64,000 bases of DNA from a bacterium (GCA_963599085.1 CAVBVK010000004.1:23613-87612), one strand, 5' to 3'. Shown: positions 19,634-28,450, numbered from the stretch's first letter. The notes: generated from the sequence alone by a model not told the origin. Numbers and translations are program-made.

Positions 19634-20662
19634 CTACCGGTTCAGCTTGCGTTGCAGCACCTTGCTGAGCACCTGTATGTGGCGTCCCTGCTTTGAGATG
19701 TCCTCACGTATTACATTTATCTCGTTGAAGAGTTCGGCTGCCGCGCTCTGCAAGGCATTGGGCTTGCGCACGCTGCGGTCGGCAAACGGATTGACAATGA
19801 TGTTTATCCCCTTGGGCACAAGCTCCACATCGATGTCCTCGCCGGTCATGGCAGGGTCGCCGTCGTAATGTATCGCCCCCGGCTTGCTGCGGTGTACGTG
19901 CAGCTTGCGGCACTTGAAAGTCTTTATCTTCGAACTCTTGTCGAGTGTCTTGTTGAACATGTCAATGCTTATCTGCGGTGCCTCGAACACATCGAACGGC
20001 TCCATGATTATGACATCCAGAAGCCCGTCGCTCATCGATGCCTGCGGGGCTATGTAGGCGTTGTTGCCGTACTGCGACGCATTGGCGCAAGAGATGAGGA
20101 ACGCCTTGTGCTTTATCGTCCCGTTCTCGTCTTGCAGAATGTATGTCTCGGGCTGGTACTTCAACCCCTCGCGCAGCACATTCTCGACATAGGTTATAGG
20201 GCCGCGTTTGCCAGCCTCGGCAAATTTCTGGCTCACGAACGCGTCGAAGCCCATGCCGCAAGTGCAGAAAAACGGGTAACCGTTGATGATGCCGTAGTCA
20301 AGTGAGCGTATCTCACACTCGTTGAGCACTTCTATCGCCTTCTTTACATTCATGGGCAGGAGCAGATGACGCGCCAGACCGTTGCCCGACCCGCAGGGGA
20401 TGATACCGAGCGCAGTGCGGGAATGCACGATGGCACGCGCCACCTCGTTCACAGTGCCGTCGCCGCCCACTGCCACGACAATGTCCGTGCCGTCACCCTT
20501 CACCTTGGCCGCTATCTCTGAAGCGTGCCCTGCATACTGCGTGACGACGATTTCGTAGTCGAACTTCTCCTTGTCGAAATTGTCTTCTATCAGTCCGGGG
20601 ATTGCAGACTTGCTTGATGTGCCGGAATTCAAGTTGATGACGAAAACCGCTTTCTTCTTCAT
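19634..20662 (-). CDS. diacylglycerol-kinase-fold lipid kinase (YegS/BmrU family)
   Basis: DAGK catalytic motifs GGDGTVNEV and PCGSGNG. Start at ATG 20662 (MKKKAVFVINLNSG). Confidence 0.85.
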   Translation of the reverse strand: MKKKAVFVINLNSGTSSKSAIPGLIEDNFDKEKFDYEIVVTQYAGHASEIAAKVKGDGTDIVVAVGGDGTVNEVARAIVHSRTALGIIPCGSGNGLARHLLLPMNVKKAIEVLNECEIRSLDYGIINGYPFFCTCGMGFDAFVSQKFAEAGKRGPITYVENVLREGLKYQPETYILQDENGTIKHKAFLISCANASQYGNNAYIAPQASMSDGLLDVIIMEPFDVFEAPQISIDMFNKTLDKSSKIKTFKCRKLHVHRSKPGAIHYDGDPAMTGEDIDVELVPKGINIIVNPFADRSVRKPNALQSAAAELFNEINVIREDISKQGRHIQVLSKVLQRKLNR

Positions 20663-20741
20663 ATCCTGTTGTCGAATGTATCTGTCGGACAGTGCCCAGC
20701 ATATATTCACGATGCGGAGGCACTCTTAACAAAACAGGCCA

Positions 20742-20749
20742 CAAAGTTA
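20742..20749 (-). promoter_or_regulatory. putative -7 box TAACTTTG for the lipid kinase
   Basis: Plus strand CAAAGTTA. Same octamer as the divergent spt promoter. Confidence 0.45.
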
Positions 20750-20843
20750 GTGATTTATTGCCGTACCACCCATTCAGGCAATGGAATATTTCCTAAAATG
20801 GCACATTTCTTGGGAAAAGCATTCATATCTGCCGCCTTTTTTG

Positions 20844-20851
20844 TAACTTTG
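20844..20851 (+). promoter_or_regulatory. putative -7 box TAACTTTG for spt
   Basis: TAACTTTG 49 nt upstream of the spt ATG. Confidence 0.5.
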
Positions 20852-20899
20852 CAGCCTTGAACAACATAAATTGAGGTATATACCTATTTTATATTTATA

Positions 20900-22087
20900 A
20901 TGGGACAGTTACAGGAAAGATACAAAAGTTATCGCATTCCGCAGAAATACATGGCGGAAGGCGTGTATCCTTATTTTCGTGAGATAACGAGCAAGCAAGG
21001 CACGGAAGTCGAAATGGGAGGACACAAAGTGCTCATGTTCGGCTCGAACGCCTACACCGGCCTCACAGGCGACCAACGCATCATTGACGCAGCAAAGGCA
21101 GCGCTTGACAAATACGGCTCCGGCTGCGCAGGAAGCCGCTTCCTCAACGGCACACTCGACCTTCATGTGAAGCTCGAGAAAGAACTCGCCGAATACATCG
21201 GCAAAGATGAAACGCTGTGCTTCTCGACAGGTTTCTTCGTGAACTCAGGAGTACTCGCCGTGGTGGTGGGCCGTGGAGACTACATTATCTGCGACGACCG
21301 CGACCACGCAAGCATCGTTGACGGACGCCGCCTGTCGTTCGCACGCCAGCTGCACTACAAGCACAACGACATGGAAGACCTTGAGAACATACTCAAAGGC
21401 TTGCCGCACGAGGCTGTGAAACTCATCGTTGTCGATGGCGTGTTCTCAATGGAAGGCGACCTCGCCAACCTGCCCAAGATTGTGGAGCTGAAACATAAGT
21501 ACAACTGCTCCATCATGGTGGACGAGGCACACGGTCTCGGCGTGTTCGGAAAAGAAGGTCGCGGCGTATGCGACCACTTCGGACTCACCGACGAGGTGGA
21601 CCTCATAATGGGCACATTCTCAAAGTCGATGGCAAGCATCGGCGGCTTCATCGCCGGCGACGCCGACACCATCAACTACCTGCGCCACACTGTCCGCACC
21701 TATATTTTCAGTGCATCGAACACTCCCGCCGCCACGGCAGCAGCGCTCGAAGCACTGCACATCATCAAGAAAGAACCGGAACGCATAGAGAAACTCTGGA
21801 AGGTGACACACTACGCACTGCGCCGCTTCAAGGAAGAAGGCTTCGAAATCGGCGAGACAGAAAGTCCCATCATCCCACTCTATGTACACGATGTGGACAA
21901 GACTTTCATGGTGACGAAGCTCGCTTTCGACAACGGCGTGTTCATAAATCCCGTCATTCCGCCGGCTTGCGCACCGCAGGACACACTCGTACGCTTCGCC
22001 CTCATGGCAACACACACGGAGGAACAGGTGGAACGCGGTGTGCAAATCCTCAAGAAAGTGTTTCAGCAGCTTGACATAATCAAGTAG
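20900..22087 (+). CDS. spt: serine palmitoyltransferase (alpha-oxoamine synthase family)
   Basis: PLP-lysine motif FSKSMASIGG. The N-terminus YRIPQKYMAEGVYPYFREI and the 395-aa length fit Bacteroides/Porphyromonas SPT better than BioF/Kbl. Confidence 0.8.
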   Translation: MGQLQERYKSYRIPQKYMAEGVYPYFREITSKQGTEVEMGGHKVLMFGSNAYTGLTGDQRIIDAAKAALDKYGSGCAGSRFLNGTLDLHVKLEKELAEYIGKDETLCFSTGFFVNSGVLAVVVGRGDYIICDDRDHASIVDGRRLSFARQLHYKHNDMEDLENILKGLPHEAVKLIVVDGVFSMEGDLANLPKIVELKHKYNCSIMVDEAHGLGVFGKEGRGVCDHFGLTDEVDLIMGTFSKSMASIGGFIAGDADTINYLRHTVRTYIFSASNTPAATAAALEALHIIKKEPERIEKLWKVTHYALRRFKEEGFEIGETESPIIPLYVHDVDKTFMVTKLAFDNGVFINPVIPPACAPQDTLVRFALMATHTEEQVERGVQILKKVFQQLDIIK

Positions 22088-22106
22088 ATTTTTCAAAATC
22101 AATACA

Positions 22107-22160
22107 AAAAGTCCTTTACGGAAGCCACAAGGCCAACGTAAAGGACTTTTCCTTTTCTCC
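22107..22160 (+). terminator. intrinsic terminator of spt
   Basis: AAAAGTCCTTTACG / CGTAAAGGACTTTT, a perfect 14-bp stem, then CCTTTTCTCC. Confidence 0.65.
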
Positions 22161-22269
22161 ATATCGCTGCAAAAGCACCGCATTTGCAAGCCATCCGCAG
22201 GTCTGGGAACAAGCCGGACGAGGATTGAAATAAATGCCGGAAAAGTTTGCACAGGCAAAGAAAAAGCAC

Positions 22270-22277
22270 TATCTTTG
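22270..22277 (+). promoter_or_regulatory. putative promoter of tRNA-Pro (TTTG-N20-TATCTTTG)
   Basis: TTTG at 22246-22249, TATCTTTG at 22270-22277, tRNA 5' end at 22312. Confidence 0.5.
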
Positions 22278-22311
22278 CACTCGCAAAAAGGGTATAACCC
22301 TATGATGCAAA

Positions 22312-22385
22312 CGGGGTGTAGCGCAGCCCGGTAGCGCTCCTGGTTTGGGACCAGGCGGCCGCAGGTTCGAATCCTGTCGCCCCGA
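22312..22385 (+). tRNA. tRNA-Pro (anticodon TGG)
   Basis: Hand-folded cloverleaf: acceptor CGGGGTG/CGCCCCG, D stem GCGC/GCGC, anticodon stem CCTGG/CCAGG with loop TTTGGGA, T arm GCAGG-TTCGAAT-CCTGT, discriminator A. No encoded CCA. Confidence 0.9.
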
Positions 22386-22539
22386 CAAAAGAGAATATGC
22401 CAGAACCGATACATTGCAAATATCCGACAAGTTCACCGCTTTTACGGTAAAAATCTTTGACACGACGAACTTGCGGAATAGAGAATGAAACACGGCGAAA
22501 AGCGGGTTGTAATGTAACGGAAAACACCGTTTCCAGACG

Positions 22540-22650
22540 AAGAAGACTTGTTCACTCCACAAAGAAGCCTTCTTTACACTCCGAACAAGGCTTGTTTTTA
22601 CTGCCAATAACGCATAAAAACACCACAAACAAGGCTTCTTTATCATGTTG
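22540..22650 (+). repeat. tandem short units with core GAAGCCTT/AAGGCTTC
   Basis: AGAAGACTTGTTCACTCCACAAAG / AGAAGCCTTCTTTACACTCCGAACAAG / GCTTG...ACAAGGCTTCTTT. The 21-mer CACAAAGAAGCCTTCTTTACA recurs (18/21) at 49741-49761. Confidence 0.5.
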
Positions 22651-22902
22651 TCAGAACCGCTTTTCTTACACAATATATGGGTGTAACGGCGGAAATCGCT
22701 GACAGTCAAAAATTTATGCCCAATCATCCATTTTGCCGACACAACCACCCAAATAAGAATTCCTGCCGGACACTGCCACTCTCAGCGATTGGAAACCCGA
22801 ATTCCGATGCAAATATTGTACAGAAAATCCGGGTTCCCAAAGGCAGCAAGACCATCAGCGTGCCGTCGGCAAATATACATTGTAAGAGCAGTCGGCAAGA
22901 CA

Positions 22903-22964
22903 TTCAAAGTCAAACATCAGTAATAATAACATTTCAGTAGGAGATCGGGCGTCCCCGCCCGACC
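22903..22964 (+). repeat. dispersed intergenic repeat, copy A
   Basis: TTCAAAGTCAAACATCAGTAATAATAACATTTCAGTAGGAGATCGGGCGTCCCCGCCCGACC. It matches the reverse complement of 29323-29397. Confidence 0.75.
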
Positions 22965-23071
22965 GCCTCGTGTTGTCAGACGATGCCTATCCTCTTTTTT
23001 CAGTCCTGCACAATCCGAACCTCCCCACTCCATGGCAGAAACGATAACGGCTGAAACATACCTACAGGAAC

Positions 23072-23108
23072 AACGAAGCCTTGGAAAACTGAATTTCCAA
23101 GGCTTCGT
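23072..23108 (-). terminator. long hairpin immediately 3' of tRNA-Asp
   Basis: Minus strand AACGAAGCCTTGGAAA-TTCAGT-TTTCCAAGGCTTCGTT, a perfect 16-bp stem starting at the tRNA CCA end. Only a weak T tract (GTTGTT) follows. Confidence 0.55.
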
Positions 23109-23185
23109 TGGCGGTGCGTACGAGACTCGAACTCGTGACCCCATGCGTGACAGGCATGTATTCTAACCAACTGAACTAACGCACC
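23109..23185 (-). tRNA. tRNA-Asp (anticodon GTC), CCA encoded
   Basis: Reverse complement GGTGCGTTAGTTCAGTTGGTTAGAATACATGCCTGTCACGCATGGGGTCACGAGTTCGAGTCTCGTACGCACCGCCA. Acceptor GGTGCGT/ACGCACC, anticodon loop CTGTCAC. Confidence 0.9.
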
Positions 23186-23217
23186 TTTAAGATTGCATCA
23201 CCTCTTTTTTGCGTGTG

Positions 23218-23225
23218 CAAAGGTA
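23218..23225 (-). promoter_or_regulatory. putative -7 box TACCTTTG for tRNA-Asp
   Basis: Plus strand CAAAGGTA, 33 nt upstream of the tRNA 5' end. The spacing is similar at tRNA-Pro. Confidence 0.45.
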
Positions 23226-23302
23226 TAAAATGTTTTTTATATACACAAACTTTTGCGCCTTTATTTTTTTTCGAGTTTCGCCGTTCTGGCGTTAAGGCGG
23301 CA

Positions 23303-23827
23303 TTAGCCATGAAGGATACACTGCATGAAACGCGCATCGGTATATTTCTCGCCATCGTAGAGCCAGTCTGCAAGGACGTGCCCCTCGCTGAAACCCAAGC
23401 TGGCGAACAGCCGCAACGAAGCCTCATTGCCGGTCGAGACAACGGCATACAGTTGGTGCAGATGCAGCACATGCAAGGCATAATCCTTTGCTTTTGCCAC
23501 GGCAGCACTCGCATATCCACAACCGTGATGGCTGTCCTTTATGACAATACTCACCTCGGCGTGACGGTGCTGAGGATCGAAATTCACTATATCAAGCATG
23601 CCCACCACCTCACCGGCGGCATTTTCTATGACAAGACGCACCTGACGGTCGGTATAAATGTCGTTCGCGGCGTGTGCAATATAGTCGTGAAGCACATAGC
23701 GCGAATACGGCACATTGGTGTTGCTCACGCTCCAAAGTCCTGGCGTGTTCTCCATCTGGTAGAGCGCGTCAAGGTCTTCCGGCTCCATAGCCCTCAGATT
23801 TACGAACGGGAAACTGGCGCTGCTCAT
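23303..23827 (-). CDS. GNAT family N-acetyltransferase (RimJ/RimL-like)
   Basis: 174-aa acetyltransferase fold pattern (GHGYAS.., ...NEASLRLFASLGF). ATGA overlap with the upstream GT2 gene. Confidence 0.75.
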   Translation of the reverse strand: MSSASFPFVNLRAMEPEDLDALYQMENTPGLWSVSNTNVPYSRYVLHDYIAHAANDIYTDRQVRLVIENAAGEVVGMLDIVNFDPQHRHAEVSIVIKDSHHGCGYASAAVAKAKDYALHVLHLHQLYAVVSTGNEASLRLFASLGFSEGHVLADWLYDGEKYTDARFMQCILHG

Positions 23828-25014
23828 TTCAAGACCTCTTCACCTGTCACGACAATACGCGTCTTCTGCGAGTAAGTTCCAATTGTGACATTGGGATTGG
23901 CAGAAGCTGCAAAAATCCTGAATATATCCTCAAAACGGTAGGCATCCGTGTCATACACCACATTAACGGGCACTGTCTTGGGCAGTTCCATGCCTATATG
24001 GCCATACGGAAGGCGGCGGGCATCGCCCTCGACAAAACGTGCATCAAGCCCTTTACGCTTCGCCAACTGACGGCATTGCACCACGGTCTTTCTCGGACCG
24101 ATGAAGACATAGAGCGGGAACGACTTGCGTGAATTGTGTATGAAGCCGAGGCTCTTGCGTATCCGGCCCATCTGCATTGTCATAAGTGCCGCCGTCGCCT
24201 TTATATAGATAGCGAACTTCACGGGGGCGGTTATGATCAGGCTCATGTGACCGTAGTGCTTGCGGAAGAAAATGAGCATGGCCTCGTAGAACACATGCAC
24301 ATAACGGAACGACGAACGCTGCGTGCTCTCGCCCTTATAATGCAGTATCTGCAATGGCAGATACCAGTTGGTGTAGCCGCCTTTGAGCAGGCGGTAGGAA
24401 AGGTCGATGTCTTCGCCGTACATGAAAAAGTCCTCATCGAGAAGCCCTATCTTGTCGAGTGCCGCATGACGCAACATGAAATATGCCCCACTGATGACCT
24501 CTATCTGGGCGGGCTTGTCCCACGGCAGATAACTCATGTAATAATGCCCGAACCGCCGACTGTGCGGATAACGTGCCCCAAGACCGCTCATCTTGTAGAA
24601 AGAGGCCATAGGCGTGGGCAGTCCGCGGCGCGATTCCTGCGCCACGCCGCCGTCGGTCTTCAACATCTTCACGCCTGCCCCGCCTGCATCGGGATGGCTG
24701 TCCATGAAACTGACGGTCTGCCTTATGACATTTTCCCCCACTATCGTGTCGGGATTTAACAGCAAGACATATTCGCCGACAGCCTGGCGTATTGCCACAT
24801 TGTTGGCCCGGGAGAAACCCAGATTATGATTGCTTGCTATGAATGTCACCCCCGGAAAGCGGTCGGAAAGATATTCCACGGAGTCGTCTTTGGAATGGTT
24901 GTCCACGACGAAAATCTCCGTTTCCATGCCATCCACGGCTCTTTGTACAGAAATGAGACACTGCTCGAGGTAGTGTTTCACATTGTAGCTTACTATAATG
25001 ACTGATAACTTCAA
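23824..25014 (-). CDS. family 2 glycosyltransferase
   Basis: N-terminal GT-A pattern LSVIIVSYNVKHYLEQCL, VVDNHSKD, and a DxD-like EDID. Confidence 0.85.
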   Translation of the reverse strand: MKLSVIIVSYNVKHYLEQCLISVQRAVDGMETEIFVVDNHSKDDSVEYLSDRFPGVTFIASNHNLGFSRANNVAIRQAVGEYVLLLNPDTIVGENVIRQTVSFMDSHPDAGGAGVKMLKTDGGVAQESRRGLPTPMASFYKMSGLGARYPHSRRFGHYYMSYLPWDKPAQIEVISGAYFMLRHAALDKIGLLDEDFFMYGEDIDLSYRLLKGGYTNWYLPLQILHYKGESTQRSSFRYVHVFYEAMLIFFRKHYGHMSLIITAPVKFAIYIKATAALMTMQMGRIRKSLGFIHNSRKSFPLYVFIGPRKTVVQCRQLAKRKGLDARFVEGDARRLPYGHIGMELPKTVPVNVVYDTDAYRFEDIFRIFAASANPNVTIGTYSQKTRIVVTGEEVLK

Positions 25015-25460
25015 GGCTTGTCCTGTATTTTTTGCTGATTTTCTTCAATGTCGGCTTCGGCCTCACAACGCCCCTTGGTCGGCACGACAAACGCCAGGCA
25101 AAGGAAAAGGATTATTCCCATATAGCCAAATGCCACGCTCATGTACAGGTAATAGAGCACTGTGTTTATGAGCATCGGCACGCAAAGCATGAGCATACGC
25201 AGCATACCGTAGCGCAAAAGACCCTGCGGAGCGGCAAGACGGCAAGCCACTGCACGGAACTTGAACAGGCGCAAAGCCACCGGAATGGCGCAGAGCGTGA
25301 GCAGTTCCATCGCGGAAAGCACGACAAACTCGCTGCTTTCGTCAGCCCCGGCCCATGCCCCGTCGTCAAGGATGTGGGTTTCGAACAATGCGGCTATGAC
25401 AGCTGCGGCTGCCACAAAAGCGCAGAATGTGCGCATAAGAATTTTCTGTGTTTCCTTCAT
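25011..25460 (-). CDS. hypothetical 4-TM membrane protein
   Basis: 149 aa with four hydrophobic segments. 4-nt overlaps with both neighbours support that it is translated. Confidence 0.55.
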   Translation of the reverse strand: MKETQKILMRTFCAFVAAAAVIAALFETHILDDGAWAGADESSEFVVLSAMELLTLCAIPVALRLFKFRAVACRLAAPQGLLRYGMLRMLMLCVPMLINTVLYYLYMSVAFGYMGIILFLCLAFVVPTKGRCEAEADIEENQQKIQDKP

Positions 25461-26074
25461 TGCTTTGCCATTTCCGTTCGGTTCAGTATTGCCCTGCCAA
25501 GCGTCACCTCGTCAGTATATTCGAGTTCGTCGCCCACAGAGATGCCGCGCGCTATTACGCTCAGCGTCACGTTGTGGCCTGCGAGCTTGCGCGAGATGTA
25601 AAAATTGGTGGTGTCACCCTCCATTGTAGAGCTGAGAGCAAGTATGACCTCCTTAACTCCGCCCTCCGCCACACGCCGGACAAGCGATTCCACTTCTATA
25701 TCGTTGGGGCCGATACCGTCCATCGGCGAGATAATCCCGCCCAACACATGATACAGTCCGTGATACTGCTGCGTGTTTTCAACAGCCATTACATCGCGGA
25801 TGTTCTCCACAACACATATTGTCGAAGCATCGCGGCGGGGGTTGGAGCAGATGGGGCACACATCGGTGTCACTTATGTTGTGACACACACGGCAGTATTT
25901 CACATCCTTGCGCAACAGCGACAACGCGCCGGTAAAGCCCTCGACATCATCCACGCTCTGGCGCAACAGATGGAGCACTAACCGCAAGGCGGTCTTGCGG
26001 CCGATGCCGGGCAGTTTTGAAAATTCCGTCACAGCCTTTTCGAGGAGCTGCGACGGATAAGTGTTCTCCATCAA
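25457..26074 (-). CDS. recR: recombination protein RecR
   Basis: Hh[11 protein letters not shown]4 zinc finger [16 protein letters not shown], Toprim domain. Confidence 0.95.
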   Translation of the reverse strand: MMENTYPSQLLEKAVTEFSKLPGIGRKTALRLVLHLLRQSVDDVEGFTGALSLLRKDVKYCRVCHNISDTDVCPICSNPRRDASTICVVENIRDVMAVENTQQYHGLYHVLGGIISPMDGIGPNDIEVESLVRRVAEGGVKEVILALSSTMEGDTTNFYISRKLAGHNVTLSVIARGISVGDELEYTDEVTLGRAILNRTEMAKQ

Positions 26075-26562
26075 TCCTTGAACAGATAGATACCCACGCC
26101 CACCTTGAGCCCGAAAGTGGAGTAATCGCCGTGGCTTTTGAATGACTGGTCGTAGTAGAGTGCGGGTTCCACAGTCACCGTACCGTTGAGGAAGAAAGCA
26201 TAACCCACTTCCACTCCAGGCATGAAGTCGTCATAGCCACCGGCATGGACATACTTGCAGTTCACTCCGAGATATATGCCGTTCTGCTCGATATAATAAC
26301 GGCCGCCCACGCCAAGCGAATATGCGTCGGACACACCGGACGTGCCATAATGGCTATACCCTAAGCTGCCAAGCAGCATGAAGTCGTCGGCCAGCATGTA
26401 GCCGCCCTTTGCCTGAAGGCCGAAGTTGAACCCATCCCCCGAATAATTCATGTCAAGCCCGGTGAGCGAACCTCCTATATATACTTTACCTTTTTCAAAC
26501 TGTGCGTTTGCAGTCACTGCCGTGAGCAAAGCCACCGCCATTGCAAATAATTTCTTTTTCAT
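26071..26562 (-). CDS. small outer-membrane beta-barrel protein (porin family)
   Basis: Signal peptide [21 protein letters not shown], alternating aromatic/Gly beta-strand pattern, aromatic-rich C-terminus. Confidence 0.7.
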   Translation of the reverse strand: MKKKLFAMAVALLTAVTANAQFEKGKVYIGGSLTGLDMNYSGDGFNFGLQAKGGYMLADDFMLLGSLGYSHYGTSGVSDAYSLGVGGRYYIEQNGIYLGVNCKYVHAGGYDDFMPGVEVGYAFFLNGTVTVEPALYYDQSFKSHGDYSTFGLKVGVGIYLFKD

Positions 26563-26667
26563 GTCGTATGTGTTTTGTTTGTCTTATCGCCTCCGAATGC
26601 CGTTAAAAACATTGGCTATCAGCATTGCAAAAGTACATAATATATTTGAGAAACAGAAAAATATCGC

Positions 26668-26675
26668 TACCTTTG
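26668..26675 (+). promoter_or_regulatory. putative -7 box TACCTTTG
   Basis: 20 nt upstream of ATG 26695. Confidence 0.45.
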
Positions 26676-26694
26676 TGCCATATTTGCACATTTG

Positions 26695-28380
26695 ATGAGA
26701 CATTTATATATATTATTCCTTTTGCTATTTGCACCGGTGCAGACACAGGCACAGCCCAAACATGAAGTAAGGGCTGTATGGCTCACCACCATAGGCGGCA
26801 TTGACTGGCCGCATTCATACGCCCAGACCGACGCTTCCATAGAGAAGCAGAAGAACGAGTTACGGCAAATCCTCGACCGCCTGCAACTCGCAAACATCAA
26901 CACCATACTTTTACAGACACGCATACGGGGCACTGTCATCTACCCGTCGGCTTACGAACCGTGGGACGGATGCCTCTCCGGCGTGCCGGGCAAAAGCCCG
27001 GGCTACGACGCCCTGCAGTTCGCCATCGACGAATGCCACCGCCGCGGCATGGAGCTGCACGCTTGGATAGTGACAATGCCTGTCGGCAAATGGAACGCAC
27101 TGGGCTGCCGGCGGCTGCGCCAGAAGATGCCGCATGACATCAAGAAAATAGGTGCCGACGGCTACATGAACCCCGAGAACACGCAGACTGCCGGCTATCT
27201 CGCCGACATCTGCGCCGAAGTGACACGTAACTACGACATCGACGGCATACACCTCGACTACATACGCTACCCGGAAACATGGAACCTGAAAGTGTCGCGT
27301 GACCGCGGACGAAGCCATGTCACCAACATTGTAAGAACCATATCACACCGAGTGAAGGCATTGAAGCCGTGGGTGAAGATGAGTTGTTCGCCCGTCGGCA
27401 AGCACGACGACCTGTCGCGCTACCGGAGTCATGGCTGGAACGCCTACACCACCGTGTGTCAGGACGCCCAGGGATGGCTGCGCGACGGACTGATGGACGA
27501 GCTTTTCCCCATGATGTATTTCCGCAACGACAACTTCTATCCCTTCGCCCTTGACTGGAAGGAGCAGAGCCACGGACGCATCATCGCGCCCGGACTGGGC
27601 ATTTATTTCCTTTCGCCCAAGGAAAAGGACTGGCCACTCAACGACATCACACGCGAACTCAATGTGCTGCGTGGCGAAGGCATGGGGCACGCCTACTTCC
27701 GCTCCAAGTTTTTCACCGACGACACAAAGGGTATCTACACTTTCGCCAAGGAGCAGTTCTGCCAGTATCCTACCCTGATCCCGCCGATGACATGGCAGAA
27801 CAGCACACCGCCAAAGAGTGCACAAGGCCTCACTGTGCAGAAAACGGAGGGCGGCGCGACACACCTGTCGTGGAGCCACGAGGAGAAAGACACTACAATG
27901 ATGCTCTTCAATGTCTATGCTTCCGCCTCCTACCCCGTCTGCACCGACGATGCACGCAACCTCATCGCCACACGTCGGCAAAGCCGCAGCATCATAATCC
28001 CACACAATCCGTCACTGCATTACGCCGTCACCGCCACCGACCGTTACGGCAACGAAAGCCAGGCCTTACAGGAACCGAACGGAACGGCCGCGCACACGAT
28101 GGCGGCACCACAATGTCACAATGCCTCTCTCCCACTCCTCCTGTGCGACGGCAAACATGTGCATCTGCCCGCATCCATACGGCTTAGCGACGCCAGACAC
28201 CTAATTGCCACCACATTGCAAGGCACGGTTGTGACCACGATGCCACTGCGTTCCGACAGAAACGCGACGGCAGCCACGGCTGATGTCAGCAGATTGCCCG
28301 AAGGAATGTACGCCCTGCGCACTCTCGGCAAGAAAGGGGTGAGCCACAGGATAGGCATGTTTGTGGTAAGAAGGAAGTGA
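26695..28380 (+). CDS. GHL10 (DUF187/YngK-like) glycoside-hydrolase-like protein with T9SS-type C-terminal domain
   Basis: Signal peptide, then RAVWLTTIGGIDWP and ELHAWIV as in the family-10-like TIM barrel. The last ~80 aa resemble a Por sorting domain. ATG at 26695; the track start 26692 is TTG. Confidence 0.7.
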   Translation: MRHLYILFLLLFAPVQTQAQPKHEVRAVWLTTIGGIDWPHSYAQTDASIEKQKNELRQILDRLQLANINTILLQTRIRGTVIYPSAYEPWDGCLSGVPGKSPGYDALQFAIDECHRRGMELHAWIVTMPVGKWNALGCRRLRQKMPHDIKKIGADGYMNPENTQTAGYLADICAEVTRNYDIDGIHLDYIRYPETWNLKVSRDRGRSHVTNIVRTISHRVKALKPWVKMSCSPVGKHDDLSRYRSHGWNAYTTVCQDAQGWLRDGLMDELFPMMYFRNDNFYPFALDWKEQSHGRIIAPGLGIYFLSPKEKDWPLNDITRELNVLRGEGMGHAYFRSKFFTDDTKGIYTFAKEQFCQYPTLIPPMTWQNSTPPKSAQGLTVQKTEGGATHLSWSHEEKDTTMMLFNVYASASYPVCTDDARNLIATRRQSRSIIIPHNPSLHYAVTATDRYGNESQALQEPNGTAAHTMAAPQCHNASLPLLLCDGKHVHLPASIRLSDARHLIATTLQGTVVTTMPLRSDRNATAATADVSRLPEGMYALRTLGKKGVSHRIGMFVVRRK

Positions 28381-28450
28381 GCCAGGAGGCTCGCATGCCG
28401 GGTTTTGAACTTTTGAACGGCAGGCTTTGCCGATTTTGGATTATACCGCT

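Noticed and set aside
22269-22748. A 159-aa minus-strand ORF spanning the tRNA-Pro locus.
   Set aside because: Its C-terminal part (GRQDSNLRPPGPKPGALPGCATPR) is simply the antisense translation of the tRNA. The rest has no coding signature.
22677-22940. An 87-aa plus-strand ORF ending inside dispersed repeat copy A.
   Set aside because: The frame is not preserved in repeat copy B (stop codons appear). The composition is not protein-like and there is no promoter or start context.
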